Origin: a candidate division WOR-3 bacterium
GTDB lineage: Bacteria; Hydrothermota; Tepidihabitantia; Tepidihabitantales; Tepidihabitantaceae
Length of the DNA: 20,726 bases
Assembly (NCBI GenBank): GCA_965648935.1
Contig: CBFGIY010000040.1
Location: 169-20,894 of the forward strand
Direction: 5' to 3'
Shown: piece after piece, positions 8,901-16,738 of the stretch
Layout of the letters: every line of letters begins with the position of its first letter
How positions within the stretch are numbered: the first letter of the stretch is position 1
The notes under the pieces: generated by a model
Told to the model about the DNA's origin: nothing
What the model saw: the letters and a program-made list of their open reading frames with translations, nothing else
Databases searched by the model: none
Made by a program: the position numbers and the translations under genes

Positions 8901-11401
8901 TCGGCGTCTGGAACGGCATGGGCCTCGCGGACCTTGCCTCGTGGCGGTCTTCGACCCTCCAGGACTCCAACAGCATCTCGGCCAACCCGCAGCTCGTCTC
9001 GGGAACCGACCTCCACCTGACCAGCACTTCACCCTGCAAGGATGTCGGCACGGTCGTGCCCGGGTTCGCCTATGACATCGACGGCGATCTCCGGCCCATC
9101 GGCTCGGCCGCCGACATCGGCGCGGACGAGTTCTTCGTCGACCTCGGCGTCACCGCCATCCTCGCTCCTGCGGGCGGCGTCCCGGTCAACGCGCCCATCA
9201 CCCCGCAGGTCGTGCTCCGGCACTTCGGCGGGCCGGCCGGGTCCAACTGGGTGAAGATGGTCATCACGCGCGGCGGCACGCCGGTCTACACCGACTCGGT
9301 CCTGCGCGCGACCATCCCCGGCGACTCGGTTGTCGTCAGCCTGCCGGTCTGGACTCCGACCGTGACTGGTTCGAACTACGCCGTGATGGCCTGGCACAAG
9401 CAGATGCCCGACGCCGTGCCTGGCAACGACTCCCTCGGCCAGACCTTCGGAGTCGGCAATGTCGACGTCGGCATCACCGCCCTGCTCGCCCCGACCACCT
9501 CGGTGCCGCAGGGTTCGCCGCTGGCGCCGTCGCTCACCGTGCGCAACTACGGCGACTTCCCGGCGAGCTTCGACGTCCGCTTCCGCATCGACGACGGCAC
9601 GTTTGACAACGACGAGGCGAGCCCGACCCGCAAGGGCTTCAGCGCGCTCGTCTTCGACGTCACCCGCACCGTTACCGGCCTCGCGGTTGACGCCGAGACC
9701 ACCTTCACCTTCGACACGACCTGGCTCGCCGAGCCGAATGCGGCGTACACCGGCGTCGCGAAGGTGACCCAGACCTACGACACCGACCCGTCCAACGACA
9801 GCATAGTCCGGGCCTTCAATGTCAACCGGATGGACGTCGGCGTGGCAGAGATCACCGCCCCGCTCGGCTCGTTCCCGCGCGGCGGTGCCCAGTACCCGGG
9901 CGTGAAGGTGATGAACTACGGGCAGGCGCAGGCCGTCTGCGGCGTCCGCTTCATCATCCGCGACCCGTCGAGCAACGTCGTGTACGACGAGACCCAGGGC
10001 GGCATCACGGTTGCCCAGGGCGACTCGGCGATGTTCAACCTGACCGCGGCGTGGTACCCGGCGACCGCCGGCGCCCACACGCTCCAGGCCTCGACAGTGA
10101 TGGACTGGGACTACGACCTGACCAACGACACCGCGTTCGGCGCCTGCACCGTGCTCGACAGCGGCGCGGTCCCGACCGCGTGGGAGCCGAAGGCCTCGAT
10201 GCCCATCACACCGAGCGGCAAGATGCAGAAGGACGGCTCCTGGCTGGTCTACAACCAGAGCACCGAGCTGATCTACGCCGCCAAGGGCAACAAGACCGGC
10301 GACTTCTACTCCTACGACCCGAACGCCGACGCCTGGGCCGAGCTCACCTCCTGGCCGCTTGGCGTCGAGAACAAGGGCCCGTCCAAGGGCTCCATCGCCT
10401 GCACCGACGGTAACGGCACCATCTACGCCACCAAGGGCAACAACACCACCGGGTTCTGGAAGTACTCCGACTCCGGCTGGGCCCAGCTTGCCGACGTGCC
10501 GCTCGGCCTTTCCAACAAGAAGGTCAAGGGCGGAACGGACATGGTCTACGTCGCGGGCGACTCCGGCTACGTCTACCTGCTCAAGGGTTACAAGGCCGAG
10601 TTCTACCGCTTCAACGTGACCTCAGGCCAGTGGCAGACCCTCACCGATGCGCCGACCGGCGTCAAGGCGAAGTGGGACAAGGGCTCGTGGCTTGCGTATG
10701 ATGAGGCCAACCAGCGCATCATCGCCCACAAGGCCAAGTACCACGAGATGTTCGCCTACGACCTGACCTCCGGCACGTGGGGCGCGCAGATGCCCGGCAT
10801 GCCGCTGCAGAACCAGCAGACCGGCAAGAGCAAGAAGAGCAAGGACGGCGCTTCGGCCGCCTTCCTCAACGACGGCATGCTCTATGCTCTCAAGGGCGGC
10901 AACACCTGCGAGTTCTATGCCGTCGACCTGAACGGCCCGACCTGGTTCGAGAAAGACACCATCAACCAGCTCGGCCCGCTCGGCAAGAAGAAGCGGGTGA
11001 AGGGCGGCGGCGACATCACGTCGACCGGCGACTTCCTGTACGCCTTCAAGGGCAACAAGTCCAACGAGCTCTGGAAGTACACGCCGATGTTCGCGTCGGC
11101 AATCCAGCCGGCTCGTTCGGGCGTGATGGCCGAGCGTGTCGTGCCGCAGGGCTTCGACACCAGACTCGGGCCCAACCCGCTCTCGACCGGCTATGCCACT
11201 CTGCGCTACAGCCTGCCTGCCAGCGGCCCGGCGACCATCAAGGTCGTCGACGTCACCGGCCGGACAGTGCTCGACCGCAGCCTGGCCGCCGGCCGCAGCG
11301 GCTCGGTCAGCCTCGACCTGCGCTCCTTGAGCGCGGGCGTGTACCTGGTCAAGTTTGCCTCGGGCGACCTGACCAGCTCGCACAAGCTCGTGATCCGCTA
11401 G
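5945..11401 (+). CDS. Giant secreted right-handed parallel beta-helix protein (three tandem units) with three CARDB/Ig-like domains, Lys-rich propeller and T9SS type A CTD
   Basis: 1818 aa with signal peptide and AAAGGAG RBS. Many SYGIY/NNxI beta-helix turns. Units start with MSGxY (6008, 7025, 8120) and end with SPCxxxG...DIGADE. C-terminus reads PNP...GVYLVK...KLVIR. Confidence 0.9.
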   Translation: MRQTATLLVLLMLAGIAAAQPMSGTYTVKPDGSGNFLTVMAAGDAVRTRGVVGPVIIDIYSGIYQQTSYVNLSTVPGADSVPITFRAATGQDVTIQSTSYAFYGYNTNNIRIEGLRLVTNSYGIYMSGCDYWQVVRNVIRSSSYPIYFTYISGTPNNTCDYNLFERNDIRTTTSYAVFFSGTTTALHNNNRFINNLIYGWTSYGIYAYYNSNTAWYYNTVLGSGTYAYYAYYATGDTFVNNIFSAFYPMYRTTGSSNYPAASNYNCWFPHSGSTTPFYNPTYGWQTLAQWQTNSGGLDMNSFTTNPQTGGVNNPRLRTGSPCIDAGTPISGITLDVDGDTRPTGSGVDIGADEYTSVGAAMSGTYYIKRGTYSADTFPSFEIANGQLALRGQSGNVTFEVFAGTYNEQVWIETPTQAPYSLTYRARQVGGVKDDVIVSPGSQYGFYNNGVRRVSIRDFTITGFTSYGIYVNNNASVSPWRTTDTMTIAGNTISGPNGIYMWIANANSPGPSDDSIYNNIINATSSYGIYIYGSSSFYTNRFAIFNNIISGFTSYGMYLNYMRGAKVYFNTIVNFNTSASYGIYVANSQFGNGGDSLQIKGNVLLNNYTSTGAYAMYFSGGTIRPEAVSNNCLWVPNNSSGFVGYSGSHGGALTWTAWQTAGFDVGGLNSNPQVGGPLNPRLKTGSPCINAGPAGLGIAFDVDGDARPTGPATDIGADEYTSVGAPMSGVYTIKQAGGGDFRSFPEAFGAVQLRGFGGNVQFDVYDGTYTGIPGSSAAFNFEGIGNGPYWLTVRGYPGQTVNLPGTGYSYGIRLYNSKRIRLENLRIYGASSYGIYATSASSATNTTDTCVVRGNVITAPYPIYWYYGKDDSIIGNTLNASSSYGLFVYGTSAPYGLRNVIANNMISGWTSYGIYLYYQDYAELYNNTVSSASSSNYTVYGQYVTNLKMKNNIFWNRTGSYAVAFWNSSFAGLGASDYNDLFAASMVGVWNGMGLADLASWRSSTLQDSNSISANPQLVSGTDLHLTSTSPCKDVGTVVPGFAYDIDGDLRPIGSAADIGADEFFVDLGVTAILAPAGGVPVNAPITPQVVLRHFGGPAGSNWVKMVITRGGTPVYTDSVLRATIPGDSVVVSLPVWTPTVTGSNYAVMAWHKQMPDAVPGNDSLGQTFGVGNVDVGITALLAPTTSVPQGSPLAPSLTVRNYGDFPASFDVRFRIDDGTFDNDEASPTRKGFSALVFDVTRTVTGLAVDAETTFTFDTTWLAEPNAAYTGVAKVTQTYDTDPSNDSIVRAFNVNRMDVGVAEITAPLGSFPRGGAQYPGVKVMNYGQAQAVCGVRFIIRDPSSNVVYDETQGGITVAQGDSAMFNLTAAWYPATAGAHTLQASTVMDWDYDLTNDTAFGACTVLDSGAVPTAWEPKASMPITPSGKMQKDGSWLVYNQSTELIYAAKGNKTGDFYSYDPNADAWAELTSWPLGVENKGPSKGSIACTDGNGTIYATKGNNTTGFWKYSDSGWAQLADVPLGLSNKKVKGGTDMVYVAGDSGYVYLLKGYKAEFYRFNVTSGQWQTLTDAPTGVKAKWDKGSWLAYDEANQRIIAHKAKYHEMFAYDLTSGTWGAQMPGMPLQNQQTGKSKKSKDGASAAFLNDGMLYALKGGNTCEFYAVDLNGPTWFEKDTINQLGPLGKKKRVKGGGDITSTGDFLYAFKGNKSNELWKYTPMFASAIQPARSGVMAERVVPQGFDTRLGPNPLSTGYATLRYSLPASGPATIKVVDVTGRTVLDRSLAAGRSGSVSLDLRSLSAGVYLVKFASGDLTSSHKLVIR

Positions 11402-11416
11402 ACCGGTTCGGAATCA

Positions 11417-11449
11417 GCGAGGGGCGGCCCTGGGCCGCCCCTCGCGCTT
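11417..11449 (+). terminator. GC-rich hairpin, probable terminator (shared family)
   Basis: GCGAGGGGCGGCCC-T-GGGCCGCCCCTCGC (11417-11445), 15 nt after the stop, followed by GCTT. Confidence 0.7.
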
Positions 11450-11506
11450 GTACTCACCCGACAAGGCGCGCGCGGCCGCGGACGCGGCCCGCCCCGCCGC
11501 GGCCTC

Positions 11507-11534
11507 TGGACAAGCCCGGCGCGGAATGTATATT
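11507..11534 (+). promoter_or_regulatory. Possible sigma70 promoter of the lipoprotein gene
   Basis: TGGACA (11507-11512), 16-nt spacer, TATATT (11529-11534). RBS GAGGAGG at 11601-11607. Confidence 0.4.
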
Positions 11535-11614
11535 CTCCTCGAGGGCGCCGGCCGTAGCCCGGCTGTTCGCGGTCCGCGCCGCCCGGTTCAGCCTGATTAC
11601 GAGGAGGCCAAGTT

Positions 11615-13372
11615 ATGAAGCACATCCTGCTTGCAGGGCTTGTCGCGCTGGCCATGCTGGCCGCCTGCGACCAGCCCGACACGACCAAACCCGCGGTCGC
11701 GGTGGTCGAGCCGGCCGCGGGCGACTCGCTCGCTCCGGGCCTGATAACGGTCAAGGCGGTCGCCACCGACGACAAGGCCGTGACGCGCGTCGAGTTCGCG
11801 GTCGGCAACCGCCAGCTCGGCGCCGACTCGGCCGCGGCTGCAGACACGTTCAGCGCGGTCTGGGACGCCCGCACCGACACCCTGGGCGGCGCGCGCCTGC
11901 TCAAGGCGACCGCCTACGACGAGGCGGGCAACTTCGCCGAAGCCATCGCCACGGTCTACCTGCGCCGGCCGCCGCCCCGCGACACGGTCAGCCCGGAAGT
12001 GCGCCTGCGCAGCCCGCGGTCGGGCGACACCCTCCAGCGGGACACTGTCATCCTCAAGGCTCTCGCCACCGACAACGTGCTGATGGCCAGGGTCGAGTTC
12101 TTCGTTGACGGCTCGAAGGTCGGCGAGGATTCGATGGGTACTGCCGACACATTCAGCCTGGCCTGGGACGCCAGTGGCGCGACGCCCGGCGCCGCGGTCG
12201 TCATCAAGGCGACCGCGCGCGACACCGCCGGCAACACGCGCAGCGACTCAGTGACCTGCCGCATCACCCGCTTCACCGGGCCGACATTCCACTCCGGCGA
12301 CATCACCGCGAACGAGTCCTGGGGCGTTTTCGCCGGGCCGCACATCGTGACCGGCGTCGTCACGGTCAAAGGCGGCGCACGGCTGACCATCGAACCGGGC
12401 GTGACCGTCCAGTTCGAGGCCGGAGCCGGTCTCGCCATCGGCAATGGCGGGGCCGGTGACCTCATCGCGGTCGGCACGACCGACTCGGCAATCGTCTTCA
12501 CATCGCGCGGCACGATTCGCTCCGACACCACGCCGGGCTTCTGGAAGGGCATCCACTTCTACGGCGGGACCGGCTCCGCGAGCAAGCTCAGCCAGTGTCG
12601 CATAACCTACGCCGGCGAAGCGACTGCCGGCGCCATTGCGACCTACGGCGGTGCCCGTCCCACGGTCGAGCGCTGTGAGATCAGCCGCAGTGCGGGCAAG
12701 GGCATCGCGACCGATGACCAGGGAAGCTGTGTGCGCGGCTTCTCGTTCAATCGCGTCACGAACTGCGTCTCATACGCGATGGAGACCTATCCCGACCACA
12801 TCCGCTTCATCGGTCCGGGCAACGTGATGACGCCCAACGGCCAGGAAGGTGTGTACGTCTATCCGGGTGCGGTTGACTCAAGCCTTTTCTGGCCGTTCGT
12901 CGGCACACCGTACGTGCTTTCGGGCGACGTCACGATCGGCGCAGCGACACGCCCGGTGCTGACCATCGGCGGCGGGGCATCGGTCAAGCTGATGCGCGCA
13001 GCGCGCATGCTCGTCGGCGACAACGGTCAGCCCGGCGCCCTCTACGCTGTCAGCGAGCTGATTCCGATCAGGTTCACGAGCACGTCTCCGAACCCGTCGC
13101 CCGGCGACTGGGGAGCGATAGTCTTCGGCCCCGATGCCATCGACGCGCAGAGCATGCTCGTCACGTGTGCCATAGACTTCGGTGGCGACAATACGGCTGC
13201 TGACGGGATGATAGTGATCCGCGATGCCCTCCCTGAGATCAGCAACTGCTCGATCAACAACAGCCTGACGTGGGGCATCTACCTCGATGGCGAGGAATAC
13301 CCGGACCCCGACGTGCTGGAACGCAACAACACCTTCCGCGGCAATCTGGTCGGCGACATCCGTCGGCCCTAG
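11615..13372 (+). CDS. Lipoprotein with two bacterial Ig-like domains and a C-terminal beta-helix region
   Basis: Lipobox LAAC (Cys18). Two DTxxPxV...ATD...RVEF...ATAxDxAGN repeats. Duplicated LTIxxG...F-T-S...PGxWxxIxF beta-helix-type segments. No T9SS CTD. Confidence 0.85.
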   Translation: MKHILLAGLVALAMLAACDQPDTTKPAVAVVEPAAGDSLAPGLITVKAVATDDKAVTRVEFAVGNRQLGADSAAAADTFSAVWDARTDTLGGARLLKATAYDEAGNFAEAIATVYLRRPPPRDTVSPEVRLRSPRSGDTLQRDTVILKALATDNVLMARVEFFVDGSKVGEDSMGTADTFSLAWDASGATPGAAVVIKATARDTAGNTRSDSVTCRITRFTGPTFHSGDITANESWGVFAGPHIVTGVVTVKGGARLTIEPGVTVQFEAGAGLAIGNGGAGDLIAVGTTDSAIVFTSRGTIRSDTTPGFWKGIHFYGGTGSASKLSQCRITYAGEATAGAIATYGGARPTVERCEISRSAGKGIATDDQGSCVRGFSFNRVTNCVSYAMETYPDHIRFIGPGNVMTPNGQEGVYVYPGAVDSSLFWPFVGTPYVLSGDVTIGAATRPVLTIGGGASVKLMRAARMLVGDNGQPGALYAVSELIPIRFTSTSPNPSPGDWGAIVFGPDAIDAQSMLVTCAIDFGGDNTAADGMIVIRDALPEISNCSINNSLTWGIYLDGEEYPDPDVLERNNTFRGNLVGDIRRP

Positions 13373-13389
13373 GTCTCGGACAGGCTCTG

Positions 13390-13419
13390 GCGGGGCGGCT
13401 TCAGGCCGCCCCGCGCTTT
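13390..13419 (+). terminator. GC-rich hairpin, probable terminator (shared family variant)
   Basis: GCGGGGCGGC-TTCAG-GCCGCCCCGC (13390-13414) followed by GCTTT, 17 nt after the stop. Confidence 0.7.
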
Positions 13420-13430
13420 GTTCAGGCGTA

Positions 13431-13458
13431 TTGACTTCGGCTGGCCGAAGGGTAATAT
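13431..13458 (+). promoter_or_regulatory. Putative sigma70 promoter
   Basis: TTGACT (13431-13436), 16-nt spacer, TAATAT (13453-13458). RBS AAGGAGG at 13541-13547. Confidence 0.55.
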
Positions 13459-13551
13459 CAAAAGTCGGCGGGGCTCCGAAGGGCCAGGACGCGGCATGGC
13501 TCGCCCTCGGAATGCTCCGGAGTATGCAGTAACACGTCACAAGGAGGCTCT

Positions 13552-16281
13552 ATGAACAGAGGAATCGCGGTCCTCGCGCTTGCGCTTGCCGCATCCTGCC
13601 TGATGGCAGCGACGCCGGTGGCGTATGGCGGCCTGGACGCAGCAGCCTTGAGAACCGGCGGCCTGTGGTTGCAGCCGCAGCCGCTCACCGGCACCAAGCT
13701 CAGGATGCAAACCCAGGGTGCGTCCACCGACGCCATCGACACTCTGAGAAACGACGACAACACTCCGGCGTTCTTCTACCGCTACAACTACTACTGGCTG
13801 GCCAGGCTCACGCCCGCGGCAGTGTGCTCTCTCCAGACCGTGCAGATTTACAAGTACGCGCTCGACACGCTCGGCTGGATTACCGGCTGCTCGCTTTACA
13901 TCTTCTCCGACACGGTCATAAGCGGCCACTCCTATCCCAACCGCCTGCTTGCCAGCGGCTACGGCGTCGATACGCTCACTGTCGGCTACAACGTTCTCAT
14001 ATCCAATTACAATGCGACCGGCATCGTCGCCGGACCGGCGCCGTTCTGGGTCGGCTGGAAGTCCATCCCGATTCCCACCATCAACGACACTCTCTTCCCG
14101 CTGTTGGACAACGGCACGGTTCCGTGGCGCAACGCACTTTCGCTCGATCGAACACAGTGGTATGAAGTTACCGCCGGCGACTTCTTCCATCGCGCGGTGG
14201 TGAACTACTTCAGTTCGGCCGCGACCCACGATGTCGGTGTTCTTGACATCAGCAACAGCCGCGGCTTCTTCCTGAACGCGGGACAGAACGCGGTCATATC
14301 CTGTAACGTGTTCAACGGCGGCGACACGATCGAGGCAGGTTTCCCGGTCGTGTGCTCTGTCTACACCGAGTCCGGCACGCCTGCCGCCGGCTTCATCGAG
14401 ACCTTCACGCTGGACATTGACCCGGGCGACACCGTGCCATTCGTCTTCAACACCCAGTGGCAGCCGACTGTCGCCGGCGTGTACCGCATCAAGGTCAGGA
14501 CCGCGCTCACCGGCGATGCCCGGCCCAACAACGACATGCAGTTGCGCGAAGCTCAGGTCTGCGGCACTGCTGATGTCCTGCGCTACGACGACAACCAGAT
14601 GCCTGAAAACGCCTATGTGTTCTACAACGCCGGCAACATGTTTCTGAACAAGTTCGTCCCGGCCAGCTACCCGGTGTTCATCGATACCGTGTACTACCGT
14701 TTCTGGGACAACACCTGGCCGAACCCGGGCGGCACCGGCGCGATCGCCGAGGTCTGGCTCGACTCGGCCGGCATACCGGTTCATCAGGCGTTCTGCGACA
14801 CCACGACCATCGTCCGCGGTGCGTGGAACGCGATCCCCCTGCCGACACCGATCAGGGTGGACAGCGGCGCGTTCCTCGTCGGGTATCGCCAGACTGCCGA
14901 CCATCCCAACGCCCCGGGCCTGTGCGTTGACGAGACGCCGCCAGTATCAATGCAGAGCTGGGCATTCATCGGCGACTCGATATGGTACTACAACTACCTT
15001 AATGACGGCGACTTCATGATCCGCGCCAAGGTCCGCCGGGCCGGCGGCCCGCCCCCGCCCGCCGGCTGGACCGAGCTGACCCAGGTACCGCTGACGCCCT
15101 CGGGCAAGGCGGTGAAGGACGGCGGTATGATCGCGTTTGACGCCGGCCTGGGCGTGCACTTCATCCTCAAGGGCAACAAGACCGGTGACTTCTACAGCTT
15201 CGACGGCACGGCCTGGACCGAGCTGGCGACGATGCCGCCGGGCACGGAAGCCAAGCTGCCCAACAAGGGCGCGAACATCTGCACGGACGGCAACGGCACG
15301 GTGTACGCGACCAAGGGCAACAACACGACCGGGTTCTGGAAGTACTCCGACTCCGGCTGGACCCAGCTTGCCGACGTGCCGCTCGGGCTGTCGAACAAGA
15401 AGGTCAAGGGCGGCACGGACCTGGTGTACGTGGACGACGGGACCGACGCCTGGGTCTACCTGCTGAAGGGGTACAAGACCGAGTTCTACCGGTTCAACGT
15501 GGCCACGGGCCAGTGGGAGACGCTCGCGGACGCTCCGGCCGGTGCGAAGGCGAAGTGGGACAAAGGCTCCTGGCTGGTGTACGACGAGGCGGCGCGCAAG
15601 CTCTACGCGCACAAGGCGAAGTACTCGGAGATGTACGCCTACTCGCTGGACTCGCTGACCTGGGGTCCGCTGATGAGCGGGATACCGCAGACCAACCAGC
15701 AGACGGGCAAGAACAAGAAGCCCAAGGACGGGTCGGACGGCGCGCTGATGGGCGGACTGCTGTACGCCCTGAAGGGCGGCAACACGGTCGAGTTCTTTGC
15801 CTGGGATCCTGCGACCGCGACCTGGACAGAGAAAGAGCTGATCCCGGAGATCGGGTCGACTGCGAAGAAGAAGCGGGTCAAAGGCGGCGGCGGCCTGACC
15901 ACGGACGGCACGTATCTGTATGCCCTGAAGGGCAACAAGACGGCCGAGCTGTGGGTCTACTCGCTGGGCGGCGTGTACGGGTCGGCTCCTGAGCGTTCCG
16001 GCGTGATGGCGGGCGTGACCGCGCTGCCTGCCGGGATGAGCCTGGGCCCCAATCCGCTGCTGACCGGGACCGCGACACTGCGCTACAGCCTGCCTGCCAC
16101 CGGGCCGGCGCTGGTGCGCGTGTATGACGTGACCGGACGGACGGTGCAGAGCGTGAGCTTTGCCGCCGGCCGGACCGGTGCGGTGAGCCTTGACCTGAAG
16201 GGGCTTTCGGCCGGCGTGTACCTGGTCAAGCTGACGGCGGCCGACTTCACTGCTTCGCAGAAGCTCGTGGTCGAGAAGTAG
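13552..16281 (+). CDS. Secreted protein: two related unknown beta-sandwich domains flanking a CARDB-like domain, Lys-rich propeller, T9SS type A CTD
   Basis: 909 aa with signal peptide. Repeats DTLRNDDN...FWVGW...DFFHRAVV and DVLRYDDN...FLVGY...DFMIRAKV. Carries the shared propeller and a CTD ending KLVVEK. Confidence 0.88.
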   Translation: MNRGIAVLALALAASCLMAATPVAYGGLDAAALRTGGLWLQPQPLTGTKLRMQTQGASTDAIDTLRNDDNTPAFFYRYNYYWLARLTPAAVCSLQTVQIYKYALDTLGWITGCSLYIFSDTVISGHSYPNRLLASGYGVDTLTVGYNVLISNYNATGIVAGPAPFWVGWKSIPIPTINDTLFPLLDNGTVPWRNALSLDRTQWYEVTAGDFFHRAVVNYFSSAATHDVGVLDISNSRGFFLNAGQNAVISCNVFNGGDTIEAGFPVVCSVYTESGTPAAGFIETFTLDIDPGDTVPFVFNTQWQPTVAGVYRIKVRTALTGDARPNNDMQLREAQVCGTADVLRYDDNQMPENAYVFYNAGNMFLNKFVPASYPVFIDTVYYRFWDNTWPNPGGTGAIAEVWLDSAGIPVHQAFCDTTTIVRGAWNAIPLPTPIRVDSGAFLVGYRQTADHPNAPGLCVDETPPVSMQSWAFIGDSIWYYNYLNDGDFMIRAKVRRAGGPPPPAGWTELTQVPLTPSGKAVKDGGMIAFDAGLGVHFILKGNKTGDFYSFDGTAWTELATMPPGTEAKLPNKGANICTDGNGTVYATKGNNTTGFWKYSDSGWTQLADVPLGLSNKKVKGGTDLVYVDDGTDAWVYLLKGYKTEFYRFNVATGQWETLADAPAGAKAKWDKGSWLVYDEAARKLYAHKAKYSEMYAYSLDSLTWGPLMSGIPQTNQQTGKNKKPKDGSDGALMGGLLYALKGGNTVEFFAWDPATATWTEKELIPEIGSTAKKKRVKGGGGLTTDGTYLYALKGNKTAELWVYSLGGVYGSAPERSGVMAGVTALPAGMSLGPNPLLTGTATLRYSLPATGPALVRVYDVTGRTVQSVSFAAGRTGAVSLDLKGLSAGVYLVKLTAADFTASQKLVVEK

Positions 16282-16350
16282 ATGAAGGCCGGCGTCACCC
16301 TGAGCGAAGCGCGGCAGGCGCTGAGCCGAAGGGTCGTCATCGAACGCTAG
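16282..16350 (+). pseudogene. Relic 3' end of a T9SS cargo gene (…SRRVVIER*) overlapping a REP-like element at 16293-16335
   Basis: In frame directly after the TAG: MKAGVTLSEARQALSRRVVIER*. Paralog ends are KLVVER* and KLVIER*. CGTCACCCTGAGCGAAGCG...GAAGGGTC resembles the local REP family. Confidence 0.5.
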
Positions 16351-16368
16351 CCTGACCTTCCGCAGACT

Positions 16369-16400
16369 GCGAGGGGCGGCACTGCCGCCCCTCGCGCTTT
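16369..16400 (+). terminator. GC-rich hairpin, probable terminator (shared family)
   Basis: GCGAGGGGCGGCA-C-TGCCGCCCCTCGC (16369-16395) followed by GCTTT. Confidence 0.7.
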
Positions 16401-16408
16401 GTCGCCTA

Positions 16409-16528
16409 TCATTTCGACCAAGGCAATCCTCCGCCGCGAGGAGAAATCCCTCTCCTTTCACCCACCCTCCGCCAGACCAGACTTCCGGCAAGGGATTCCT
16501 CCACTCCGCTTCGCTCCGGTCGGAGTGA
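16409..16528. repeat. Inverted REP-like doublet (B unit 16409-16455, A unit 16491-16528)
   Basis: TCATTTCGACCAAGGC...GGAGAAATCCCT, a linker, then AGGGATTCCTCCACTCCGCTTCGCTCCGGTCGGAGTGA. Confidence 0.85.
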
Positions 16529-16593
16529 AATAATGGTGCGGCACTTCGAGGGGGTAAGCTCCCTGTCCTGTCGGTTCTGTCCACTTCTGACCA

Positions 16594-16622
16594 TTGACGC
16601 CGGTCCAACGCAGGTGTAGAAT
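16594..16622 (+). promoter_or_regulatory. Putative sigma70 promoter
   Basis: TTGACG (16594-16599), 17-nt spacer, TAGAAT (16617-16622). The leader contains a 10-bp hairpin at 16682-16711. Confidence 0.65.
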
Positions 16623-16738
16623 GAATAGCCTGCAGTGGTTACACCAGCTGTCCCCTGACCGGCCCTGTGCCGGCAGCGGGACGCTTCTCTCATTCGGGCG
16701 GGAGAGAAGCGCCGCGATACGCCCGAGGGAGGCAAGAG

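Noticed and set aside
13465..13525. Possible hairpins in the leader of the 13552 gene
   Set aside because: Only one imperfect stem, which is within chance expectation at this GC content.
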